A stretch of DNA of 63,976 nt, the filler included, from Octopus bimaculoides (taxonomy: Eukaryota), in the NCBI RefSeq assembly GCF_001194135.2. It is 7 parts of 7 records of this genome, joined end to end, with 100 filler letters (N's around TTAATTAATTAA, not from the genome) between each part and the next. Parts side by side here need not be neighbours in the genome. Positions count along the whole stretch, not along the records: positions 26,417 to 44,599 come from NC_068990.1; positions 44,700 to 48,101 come from NW_026336337.1; 5 more parts are not named here. One strand, given 5' to 3'. This document shows positions 34,870-46,229 of this stretch, in pieces. A program made the translations under genes and the position numbers. The notes under the pieces are model-generated. The model did not search any database. It was not told where the DNA came from and saw only the letters and a list, made by a program, of their open reading frames with translations. Position 1 is the first letter of the stretch. Each line of letters starts with the position of its first letter.

Positions 34870-35830
34870 GCAAACAGCTCTTCGATAATTTCCTAATGTG
34901 AATTTACATAACAAACATAGGCCATTAACAAAGATTCATTGTTGCGTAAAGTTGACTCATCAAGTTGTAAAGAAATTTCTTCGTTTTTTAAGCCACACAC
35001 TGTACTTTCCACATCCTTTACCATGTTATCTATTCTTGCTGTTACTGTCCAATTACTGAGAGAAACTGAAGCTGTTGTAGTACTTTTACCTGGGCAAACC
35101 ATATTATCCAAAACTTCATTTATAGCCGGAAAAAAGAAGAGTTTCGCCCAATAGCATGTAGTTTCCCTCATTTCACAATTAATTTTGAAAGTTTATAAAA
35201 CAGCCAACTCCTTCTCTATTTGTCTAGTTTGTTTGGTAAACAACTCTGAGAGTAAGATGGTTTTTAAAATCAGTTTTCATTTGGCGAAAGTAGCCCTCAT
35301 CTTTTCTGACTTCATCTGGATGCATTTTATAAAAATTTTGTAAATTGCTTCATTTGAGAATTTTTTTCACATATTAAACGTAGTTATTTATCGATGGAAT
35401 AAATCCATATTTCAAATATTCACTCGAGTGTTGACAGCACTTTCTTTTTTTCCACTCATTCTAAATTTTTAAAAGGGTAACGAACACAACAATTGTATAT
35501 AATTATATCACTAAGTAAAATATAGTTGAGATTACAATATACAAAAATAAAAAAATAAATAAAAAAAGCAAGCAAGAATGCGTGCCTATAAATACTATTC
35601 AAAACAGAAATAAGCATCAGAAATTGATTAAATATTAATTAATTATTCTTGTTCAAACATGCCTTTCGCTACGATATGTACTTATCACTAATTTTATTTG
35701 AATAACCATTACTAGGTAAAATTTAGTACGTTACCTCACGGCTCCTCTTACCGTCCCCTAAAGCCTAACGCCCCCTTCGACAATTCCAGCGCCCCCAGAG
35801 GCCCAGTATCGCACTCGTTGAGAACTTCTG
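34870..35830 (-). mobile_element. 5' part of a hAT Charlie/Buster-type transposon with decayed transposase
   Basis: LFFFPAINEVL...VSLSNWTVTARIDNMVKDVE...ISLQLDESTLRNNESLLMAYV (ORF 34893-35171), upstream SSEYLKYGFIPS, and terminus cagaagttctcaac at 35830. Confidence 0.85.
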
Positions 35831-36532
35831 CTCTAACGTTTCCGCCAACCCACCGTTCTCATTAAATTAGTTACAAGACCACTTACCACCCTCAGTATTT
35901 GACAGGCTCCTATTTCATGGCTAATCCAGCGAAAGGTGGGGGTGGAGAACGAAGGGCATATTGACCCGCGGCAGAATGTGAAGTTTGACTCTGAGGTGAA
36001 GAAATCATATTTATACTTAGTCATCCTTTCCCAAACAGCAATGTAAATAAGCAATGTCAACTTTCTCTCACCTTATATTTTTCAATTTCTCGCATTCTAT
36101 CTCTCTCACTTCCCCTCTCACATACTCAAACTGTCTCTCTTTTTTTTTTCACTTTGTTTTTCTTTCTCGTTTACATACTCTCTTTCCCTTCTCACTATCT
36201 TTCTCTTTATCATATTATTTCCCTACCCCTCCCTTTTCTCTCCCGAAACTTAACAGGTTCTATTATTTCTCGTTGCAGACATATCATTATTTGACTGTGT
36301 CAATAGTTGTGTCATCTTCATTTCATCAATATTGGGGGAAAGAAAGACAGTAAGAAGGCAAAGACTAGAGAACTGAAAACGAGAAGAAAGAAAGAAAGAA
36401 AGAGGTAGAAGGAAAAGGAGAGATAATAGAGAACGAGGCATCAACGGGAGGAATAGGGAGATAACGCGAGTGAAAATGAAAGATAAGAGAAGTACTTAGA
36501 ATGTGGGAGAGAGAAAGAGAGAGAGAGAGAAA

Positions 36533-36583
<51 letters not shown>

Positions 36584-36916
36584 TGTGTGTGTGTGTGTGT
36601 GTGTATGTGTGTTTGTCTTATCTAAGGAGTCAGAGGCAAGAGAGACGGGAGATAAAAAGAAAAAAAAAGAGAGAGAAAAAGACAGTGAGATAGAGACAAC
36701 GCAGAGAGGGAAATATCAGGTGACATTAGAATAAAGAAACGGAAAAGGAGAAAGAGAGAGTTAATGGATTTTCATCAATGTCAGCTAACTTCAATTTCCA
36801 GTTTTCTTAGACTTATTTAAAATTCGTTATTTGTACTGTGTACAGCGAGATCTGAAACGATGATTTGCATATTTATTCTTAATACATTCCAGCAGATTCA
36901 AATGCAAATATGCTAT

Positions 36917-37133
36917 TCGCTGTTGTATACGTCACAGAACATTTTCTCCTTTTCACGACGACAGTGTGTTAATAACACACTCAACTCAAAAGAACAGGGC
37001 AGTTTCGTCTGACGAGACACATGTCGAAACAACGGTGTCCCAGAATCCCTTGCACTAATGAGCTAGATGCGTTATGAACACACTGTCATCATAAAACGGG
37101 GAAGTTATTCTCTTGTGACGTACACAACAGCGA
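36917..37133 (+). ncRNA. Candidate type I hammerhead ribozyme at the tip of a ~217-nt rod-like hairpin (retrozyme-like element)
   Basis: Core: CTGACGA (37009-15), stem II GAC/ACAT/GTC (37016-25), GAAA (37026-29), stem III ACA/ACGG/TGT, cleavage triplet GTC (C17 = 37039). Flanks are reverse-complementary: 36960-37007 vs 37040-37087 pair at 36/48 positions in one ungapped register (G-U counted); 36917-36936 vs 37114-37133 pair at 19/20. Confidence 0.62.
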
Positions 37134-37274
37134 CTAGGTAAGACAGAAGGTTTATCGGTGGAAGATTGCAAGTGCCCAGTGGCGCTTTCTGCAGGAAAAA
37201 CAAATATTTGAGTTGGTACTAAAATACTTAAATGTAGTGAGCATTTTTAATTAATTAAAATTACATGACGACAC

Positions 37275-37997
37275 TGAAGTCGCGTAGCCTAGTGGTTAGG
37301 GGCATTGCATTCTCGATTGCTAGAACGTGATTTCGTTTCCCGGACCGGACAGTGCGCTGTGTTCTTGAGCAAAACATTTAATTGGTTCAGATCACTCAGC
37401 TATAAATGAGTAACCCTACGAAGAACTAGCGTTCCGTTTTGTGGAGGTGGTGAGAATGTTGTCATCTCGGTAATTTATACACCAATGGAAAGCGGAGAAA
37501 TCGGCTCATACGAGTCCTAGGACTCGAGATAATACTTATCTACTTACATCAAGATGGCGAATTGGCAGAATCGTTCGGGTGATGTAGAAAATGTCTTGTA
37601 TTCTGAGTGGAAATCTTAATGAGAGCAACTTTGCCTTTCATCTTTTTGGGGATTGTTGAAATAAGATATCACTCCAATGTGATAGATTAGGGTCTTATTA
37701 GAAAGTCTCTTCTACTAATTAATGTTTATCAATGAAATTCATACCTGTAATGAGGAGAGCATGTCCCCATTATTTTATTCATTAAATTTTATTTAGTCAA
37801 ACGTCGGAGCTCTCTCCCCCATTACCTGCCAAGAAATATTCCGCCCATCCAGCTTCTCCGTTCACTATACCTAGAAGGGGCGTGGAGATAGAGTCCTTAA
37901 GATAAGTACGGTAGGAGGATTTGTTTGACTAAACCCTTCAAGGCAGTGTTCAGTATGACCGCAGTCCAGTGACTAAAACAAATAAAAAGATAAAAGA
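37275..37997 (+). mobile_element. Cluster of SINE remnants: V-like head 37275-37530, Nin/Deu-type 37553-37680, Meta/MESC-type tail 37895-37997
   Basis: gtagcctagtggttagg...gtgttcttgagcaaaac; aagatggcgaattggcagaatcg...ctttgcctttcatc; cttcaaggcagtg...gtgactaaaacaaataaaaga. Confidence 0.6.
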
Positions 37998-38383
37998 TTA
38001 CGAATGTAATTTTCATTTATGAATTTATATTTCTTAGTAGGGGGAGACAACTCCGAAATTTAAATTGATCAAATTTAATAAAAAATAAAACGTGGGCTGT
38101 TTTTCCCCACAAGGAGTGTAATTTTAATAAATTGATATTTCTTGGCTCGTTATATTAAGTTTGTACACATTTAATAATTAGTATATGATTGGGTTAACCA
38201 CACGGAAGGCACGCCCCTCAACCTCTCAAGGTTCTTTCATTGTCCTCTTTTACAAAAAAGTTATTATGCCTAGTTTTATTTGTATGAATGCCATAGTTTC
38301 TGATTTTTTCGTAACCTACATTTATCTGAATTGTTGTGTTTAGGAAAAAACCATCCTAAAGGAAAAGTAGATTTCGAAAGAGG

Positions 38384-38421
<38 letters not shown>

Positions 38422-40419
38422 GCGCGCACACACACACTACCACCCGCCAACACTATGTTCCCACATGTACATAAACAAACAAGCATATACTTGTATATAC
38501 AGTGGTATATATAAACAGCATAATTGTAAAATGTATTGAAACTGGAAGTTGTTACATTCTCACAGCCAGTGTCGTATTCAAAAAGGCGAAGCATTGCAGA
38601 ATCGTTAGAGCGTCGCACAAAAATGCTCGGCGGCCTTTGCTCCAGTCTTTACGTTCTGAGTTCAATCTTACTGTTGCCACTTTGGTTTTTACTGTTACTT
38701 TGGTTATTTAGTTCCCGCGAAGACCGAGTGGATTCTGAAACAGTTTGGTCCCTAGAACAAATTGGTAGTCTCTAGAAATGACAACATCATATCTCTCAAA
38801 CCACGTTCTACTACCATGGGGGAAGAGTGAGGAAGGGCATATTCCATAGGGTAGTCCTAGAAACAATTCCTGTAAACAAGCCGGGGGGAGGGGGTAGAAT
38901 GAAAACCTCTGATCGTAAGCATGCTGGATCAGTTCTGACCTAGGGCTAAACAACATAATGTGCGATTAATCAAACGCATGAATTAGTTGACAAAGCCATA
39001 AAATAAAGGTGTCTATTCAAAAGAAAACTGAACATACAAACACACGTGTGTGTACACATATAGATATATATTTCATATTGCTTATGGTTTAAGAATTTTC
39101 AATTTCTATTTCATATTAAAACTCTATGAAGCCATATTTCCATCTATATATTACGCTACTACTTATAGCAATAAAATAATTTTGTTATATTTGTCTTACA
39201 TTACTATATAGTATATATTATTTTATTTTGTACTTGAAAACTATTTCTTATATATTGGCATCAGATTGGAGTAAAACCGTTCATAGGAAAGTGCGATTTA
39301 ATTTCCGTTCTATCTTAGTGAAACCAGTGCCATATTCATTATATTTAATGAGTTGCCATCCTCGGAAAATTAATAATTGGCTAATTTTAAAATTTTAAAA
39401 GATGTAATATATCTTCGGCAATCGCAGTTGTTGTTACTGTTTTTGTTAGTCAGGCAATCACATGATACTAAGAAAAATCAGATTGCAAGTGTGCTCCTTA
39501 CGGCGTTTAATAACTCTAAACATCAATTGACCCGATATTTGTAAAGACATTTGTCACTCTTTAAATATTAAAGTTAAAACTTCAGAAACACTTAAAACAT
39601 TGGGAGATGGCATGGATGACAAATGGTTGTATATAGTATGATACTGTCTCTGAAACCATCAAATTTAAGAAGAAGAAGAAAAAGAGACAGGAAGAGTGGT
39701 TCAATGAGAATTCCAACACAACATGCCCCCGAATGACATACTTGACCAGAGGGACCCAAGCACCGGGCGTGAGTAATTTGGTACTGGACTTCACAGAAAG
39801 AATAAATTTTATATTTCATTTCTATTTTATTGAGTATCGCAGTGTGCAAGTGTTTTTGCATTATGTATGTATTATATATTATACACTTTATTGTACGTTG
39901 TTATGTGCATGATTCCTTTGTCCGTGCAAGAATTGTCTTACATGAAACTGGTCTGTGGTGCGAAAAAACGTTGGGAACTGCCTAAACAACAGAGTAGCTG
40001 TAGAAATCGTGCTAAAAAAGGATTTCGTCAGTTCTTTGGAGTAAGGCTCACTCCTCACTTCCTACACTGAAAAAAAAAATATTAGTTTGAAAAACTCAAG
40101 AAATCTAGATGCATGCAGTCAGACTTGACATATACAGTTTCTATGATGCAATAAAGACACTCTACAGCCCCTGGAATTGTATCATGACACAAGAATAAAT
40201 CATCAGGTGGCACCTATATTGAATGACTAAGAAATACTGGAGTGCTGATGAGAACACTTCAACCAGTTCATAAACCAGTGGATAAAGTAATTTTGTGGAG
40301 GAATTTTGTGAAATGCCCATCATCATCAACTCGGCGAGTTTAGCCAGGCTTTCAAGTATCCAAATTTTAGTTCTTCTAATTCACGCTTTATTGTACACTT
40401 GACTACGAAGTTCTTCCCC

Positions 40420-40725
40420 ACCCAACTTATTCTCCAGACCTTTCTCCTACCGACTACCATTTTTTCAAGCACCTTCATGGTTTCCTGCGAGAGAAGGAGT
40501 TCAAAAATAAAACTGATGCTGAAAATGCGTTCAAAGAGTTCATCAGCTCCAGAACTCCAGATTTTTATGTTACAGGAATAAACAAACTTGTAACACGTTG
40601 GCAAAAATGTGTTGATTGTAATAGTACTTACTTTGATGAATAAAATTTCTGCATTGTCAAAATATATTGTGATGAATTTCATGTTTCAAAACGTTGCTTA
40701 CTTTTTTACTCAGTCTGATGTATAA
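40420..40725 (+). pseudogene. 3' fragment of a mariner transposase plus TIR remnant
   Basis: YSPDLSPTDYHFFKHLHGFLREKEFKNKTDAENAFKEFISSRTPDFYVTGINKLVTRWQKCVDCNSTYFDE*. Confidence 0.88.
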
Positions 40726-40754
40726 AATCTCTTACTGCTGTCAAAAACAGTGTA

Positions 40755-41186
40755 TCTCTTTCTACTAAAGGCACAAGACCTGACATTTTGGGAAAGGGAT
40801 TACATCGACCCCACTGCTCAATTGATACTTATTTTATCGATCCCGAACGGATGAAAGGCAAAGTCAACCTCGGTAGAATTTGAACTCTGAATGTAAAGAG
40901 TCGGAAGAAATGCCTCTAAGCATTTTGCCCGGCATGGTAACGATTCTGCTAGCTCGCTGTCGTATATAAAAAAAAATTTCTACCATAGGCACAAGGCCTG
41001 AAATTTTCGGAAAGTAGAAGTCGATTTCATCAACTCCAGTATATGACTGGTATTTATTTAATCGACTCGGAAACGACAAAAGGCAGTTGACCTCGGCGAT
41101 ATTCAAACTTAGAACGTAAAGCCGGAAGAAATGCTATTAAGTATTCTGTCTGGCGTGCTAATGATCCTGCCAGATCTCCACCTTAA
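40755..41186 (-). mobile_element. Head-to-tail dimer of Nin/Deu-type SINEs
   Basis: Two complete copies, about 40759-40960 and 40977-41186, in the same orientation. Confidence 0.85.
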
Positions 41187-42001
41187 GTTAATAAAGCATA
41201 ATAATAATAAGACGCCCATAGTAGTTTATGTATTTTAGTTTAAGATCCATTTTGGTCTTTTTTTTTTTTTTCGCTCACAACAAAAGAGCAGTAATCAAGT
41301 GTAAACTGTTTACAGATATAATGACGTCTGCAGACAAACCCAATAGTTTGAAATCCATTTTAAATATTGCTTCTCAAATGTAAAGACTCTTCCGAAAATT
41401 GTAGTCTGACCTTCAGTGTTTGTTTATAGTGTAGAGGAAATTATTTTGCTTGAACAGTTTTTCCCCTTCCTTCTGACAAAAAGAGATATTTAAGGGGGCG
41501 GGAGGAGANNNNNNNNNNNNNNNNNNNNNNNNNNNNNNNNNNNNNNNNNNNNNNNNNNNNNNNNNNNNNNNNNNNNNNNNNNNNNNNNNNNNNNNNNNNN
41601 NNNNNNNNNNNNNNNNNNNNNNNNNNNNNNNNNNNNNNNNNNNNNNNNNNNNNNNNNNTATATATATATATATATATGAACCTCTTAAAGGAATGATTAC
41701 ATTCAAGAAAACACTGGTTCTATACCTCATATTTTGGGAAATAAAATTTCCCTAAATCAATAGGTATGCATTTTGCATATAATCGGTATTCAATTAATAG
41801 AAGAAAAGAAAATGGAGAGTTGAAAGTTAATAATTATTTATTAAGAAATTGATACGTCATACTCCCAACAGCTATATCAATTGTGCTCATTAAATAAATT
41901 ACAAAGTTATGCGTTAAATTTGCATTTATAAGATACGAACACAATATCATCAAAGAAAAAGATATACAATGAAAGATTACATGTTGACCTCTAAGTTCAT
42001 A

Positions 42002-42883
42002 CGAGATCTGATCAATAAGTAACATACTAACGAAGCTAAAGTACACAGAGTGAAGCCGCTTGGCGAAGATTGACCTTGAACTCTGCTGTGCATGCACACT
42101 AAGTTTTAACATTCTAGCTCACTTCCGCTATTTACAGCAGTGCTTGGAAAGAAAGTGTGTAGCGTGTGATCGTCGCCTTGACCATGACAGAGAAAGTTGC
42201 GAGAAAGTTGTCTGCTCAGAGGCCTACGCAAAGCTGCAGAAAGTGTATGGAGAGGAGTGTATGAGCCGCACACAAGTGTACGAGTAGTTCAAACATTTCC
42301 AATATGGCCGAAAAGATGTCGATATTGACGAATGTTCTAGGAGATCCTCAACCAACAAAACAGAGAAAAACATCGCAGATGTGCGTGCAGCTTTGAGAGG
42401 AATCGTCGAATCACCATCCATGTGTTATTAGAGATTGTGTAGGCTAGTGACAGCTCAGTTCAGTCCATCAACACTGAAGATTTGGGTATGGGACGGATGT
42501 CTGCTAAGTTTGTGCCAAAACAGCTTTCAGCTGACCAAAAAGACACTCGGGTTTCAGTTGTACAAGGTCTCCTTGATTATGTTGTGAACGATGAAAACTT
42601 TTTGAAAACTTTGGGTAGGCCTCTGAGCAGGTATCACCAAGCTTTTGGCAAAATTTAATGCAGATTCGCTGCTCAACTTTCTCTGTCATAGTCATTGCGA
42701 CGATCACATGCTACATGCATTCCTTCAAAGCACTGCTGTAAATAGCGGAAGTGAGCTAGAGCGTTAAAACTTAGTACGCATACACAACAGAGTATAAGGT
42801 CAATCTGTGCTAAGCGGCTTCAATTTGCGTGCTTTAGCTTCGTTGATATGGCAACAGTCCGGATACTTATTGATCAGACCACG
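42002..42883. mobile_element. Mariner-derived foldback element built from two inverted 5' ends
   Basis: TA at 42000-01 and 42884-85; both arms carry tctgatcaataagta...gaagccgctt...ctagctcacttccgctatttacagcagtgctt and the start of the transposase (MTEKVEQRICIKFCQKLG on the right arm). Confidence 0.85.
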
Positions 42884-42943
42884 TACAGGTAGACAATATA
42901 TATGGAGTTATTTCATTTTTATATTTATGTGTGTGTGTGTGTG

Positions 42944-44599
42944 TGTGGGGATTAACGGATTAATTTCAATATAATAAGAAATGAAGTAAAATAAATAATA
43001 AAGTAAAATGTAATAAAATAATATAAAAAGTGAAATTCAATAAAAATTGTGGTGTGATAGAGGAAAAAGACAACAAGAAGCAAAAGGACAGAATGAAACG
43101 TTGGACCTTACCTTGTCGACCGCAGCGGAGTACACAATCGCTCTTGATCAAAACACGTCTTTCTCGTAATCTCTCTGTTTTCTGACTGACCCACGTGCTA
43201 GCCTTCGACCGCGTGTGGCCGACTTCCGGTCTGGCTTCACTTCTGTTTGCCTCACCTCTCTCCACCAACAATACACAGCTCATCACAGCCCATAACACCA
43301 CACGCCCCTCTGATCTATAGATNNNNNNNNNNNNNNNNNNNNNNNNNNNNNNNNNNNNNNNNNNNNNNNNNNNNNNNNNNNNNNNNNNNNNNNNNNNNNN
43401 NNNNNNNNNNNNNNNNNNNNNNNNNNNNNNNNNNNNNNNNNNNNNNNNNNNNNNNNNNNNNNNNNNNNNNNNNNNNNNNNNNNNNNNNNNNNNNNNNNNN
43501 NNNNNNNNNNNNNNNNNNNNNNNNNNNNNNNNNNNNNNNNNNNNNNNNNNNNNNNNNNNNNNNNNNNNNNNNNNNNNNNNNNNNNNNNNNNNNNNNNNNN
43601 NNNNNNNNNNNNNNNNNNNNNNNNNNNNNNNNNNNNNNNNNNNNNNNNNNNNNNNNNNNNNNNNNNNNNNNNNNNNNNNNNNNNNNNNNNNNNNNNNNNN
43701 NNNNNNNNNNNNNNNNNNNNNNNNNNNNNNNNNNNNNNGCCTACTGCTGCTGTCTTCATCATCCTGCCCACTGCAGCTGGTTCCATCCTCTGAAGCACTG
43801 ACAATCTTCCGCACATCCAAAACATGGCGTGGCATACCATCGACCGAGACGTTGTTCTTTGAATTGATGGAGGTTATAGTTCCTTTCCCCCCAATGTGAT
43901 GTGCACCGTGCATTTGGGGATTTTTCCCATACTTCTTCCCGATCTGCACGAAGGTGTGCTCTTCTTCTCCCCGGAGTCGCATTGATGCAATACACGGGTG
44001 CCTCCACTCGTACCTGAATATTGTCCTGTGTGGCACCGACTCTTCAGCCTGTCCTGATCTGGGCGACATATTATACCAAAAAAACGGCCTCGATTGGCGA
44101 AATGTGGCCCCTCTCTGCTATGGTATTGATGGTACGATGATGCCTTTCGACCACTCCATTTCCACTTGGCCGGTATGCCGCCCTGAAGAAGCGGCTTACC
44201 TGCCACCCGTCAAGCATTTCTTTCAGCACCTCCGAGCGAAATGCAGTGCCATTATCCAACAGCAGCTCATCCACGGGGCTTCGTTCCAGGAATATCCCAT
44301 TTAATACTCCCGCGATTTCCTCTGCAGTCACCGTCTTCATCTCCCTCCATGTGGCTATCCGCCCCGGTCCGCAGTCAACCATTGAGAAGTACGTCCCCTG
44401 CCGGTAGTGTGTTACGTCCACTGCCAGTCGTTTCCAGTTGTGGGCCACTGGAATACTTCCCGCCTCATGTACGCCCGGAGCAGGGTCAATAGACTGGCAC
44501 CTGTCACAGCTGCTAACCACTCTCTGCACGCTCCGCCTCGTTACCTCGGAGTCAACTTTCCTGGCTAGGAACAATGTCCTGTCCACTCCCATGTGATGC
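42944..44599 (-). mobile_element. Gypsy/Ty3 LTR retrotransposon fragment: integrase and 3' LTR
   Basis: HMGVDRT...CDRCQS zinc-finger half; AVDVTH / LLDNGTAF / GNGVVERHHRTI (D,D35E) in ORF 44071-44592; continues by frameshift to about 43740; LTR-like segment 43322-42944 ends ...ccccaca in a (TG)n run. Confidence 0.9.
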
Positions 44600-44700
44600 N
44601 NNNNNNNNNNNNNNNNNNNNNNNNNNNNNNNNNNNNNNNNNNNTTAATTAATTAANNNNNNNNNNNNNNNNNNNNNNNNNNNNNNNNNNNNNNNNNNNNT

Positions 44701-45041
44701 TATTGAGTGAGAGAGCAGTGCATGCCATCAAAGTGACACTGGGTTAAAACATACGAAGCCCAGTATACCCATCATGACTACCCGTCTGATGAGGAAACAC
44801 TAGGTACATGCATCACAACCATATGTGTGCGACATGGTGATCTCATATCAAAATAAACAGCGCATGACCTCGCAGGTAGGGCCGAGTTAGAATTTTCTTC
44901 AGGTCGGATAGCCCATCCTGCTCAAATGATCTCTGAATAATGGTTGTTTAAGGATGTTGAACGAAACACCCATGTTTCCAGAGGTGAATTAACCAAACCC
45001 CAAATAATTCCTCTCAACACATGGTTATAATGCTCCCCCAC
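44701..45041 (+). mobile_element. Abundant retroelement 3' segment (homologue at 59540-59875, minus strand)
   Basis: Shared gagagagcagtgcatgccatcaaagtg...atatcaa-ataaacagcgcatgacc-tgcaggt...ggttgtttaaggatgttgaa between the two loci. Confidence 0.75.
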
Positions 45042-45069
45042 TTGTGGGGGAAAAAACAAGGAAACTAAA

Positions 45070-45545
45070 TACAAGGTGCATTCGAGAAAGTTTGAGAGTA
45101 AGTAGAGGAGGTGGTTTCAACCATCTAATAACCTAAACAGCTAACGTTTCTTCTAGATTGAAAGGGACGGTGACAGCATTTTGAACACAACCTGCCAAAA
45201 ACACTGAATATCAGAGTTGACTGATTCTATTCTATTAACCAACAACTTCACGGTGCCGTGTATCAAAGCTGTCCGTCAACCTCTCTCGTCCAAATCTTGC
45301 TACTTGTTACTTTTAGTTGTTCCTCAAACTGCGGAAAAGGCCCAGGGGCATTCTTGTTAGAGTCATTGAGGAGAGAAGGAGGCTGTGGCAAGAGTCCTGG
45401 ACAACTTCACAAACCTTCTGGGGTACTACAGCAAATTCATTGAAGTCAGAGGATCCTACTTTGAAGCAGATTAGTACTATGTACTTCTTTGAAACGAAAG
45501 GGATTGTCTCACGAAAGTTTTGGAACGTACTTTACATATTCATAT
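45070..45545 (+). mobile_element. Degenerate mariner-derived non-autonomous element
   Basis: C-terminal KEAVARVLDNFT...YSKFIEVRGSYFEAD* remnant; weak TIRs tacaaggtgcattc / gaacgtactttacata. Confidence 0.5.
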
Positions 45546-46013
45546 AAATATGAAAGATTGATAGGTGTTGTCGCTAATCACTAAATATCTGACGTCTAAA
45601 TTCATATATGTGACAGTCTCTGTAAATTATTATAAGGTTAACTACACAGTTAAGAGTATTATTATTATTATTTTTATCAGGTTATATTTGAATGTCTGTT
45701 CTCTAGCTTCATCCGGATGACATAGGTTTCAATTGAGAACATGTCCTTAACCTGGCTTCGTAAACAGTGGTTGGTGATGCACTGGCATTTGCTGAAGCTA
45801 CGATTTCTGTAGATGTTCTACGTTGGTGAGAATTTGCATTCAGTGTTCATGATGAGCGTCTTGTCGCAACCCCACCCTTCGACAATTGTGCGCTAAAGGG
45901 TTAAATGAAAGGTAGGAGAGGGTGGCAGCCGTCTAGAAAATATTCCGTTACACCCTAGTCTTGTTTCGGTGCAAATATATGTAAAATAATTTGTTAATAA
46001 ATATGTAATTGGT

Positions 46014-46229
46014 AAGGTGGCAAGCTAGCTGAGTCGTTAGGGCTCCGGGAAAAATGCTTAGGGGCATTTCGTTCGTTTCTACAATCTGAGTTAAAATTCT
46101 GCCGAGATTGACTTTGCTTGTCATCATTTCTGAGTTCATAGAATAAGTACAGTTTGAGTTCTGGGGTCGATGTAATCGACTTACCCCTTCCTCCAAAATT
46201 GCTGGCTTTGTGCCAACATTTGAAACCAG
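46014..46229 (+). mobile_element. Nin/Deu-type SINE
   Basis: Full head-core-tail (ggggtcgatgtaatcgacttacccc...gtgccaacatttgaaacc). Confidence 0.8.

Noticed and set aside
37275-37345. tRNA-like sequences with A/B boxes (also 50058-50111 and all SINE heads)
   Set aside because: No complete cloverleaf, and they continue into SINE bodies; not called as tRNA genes.
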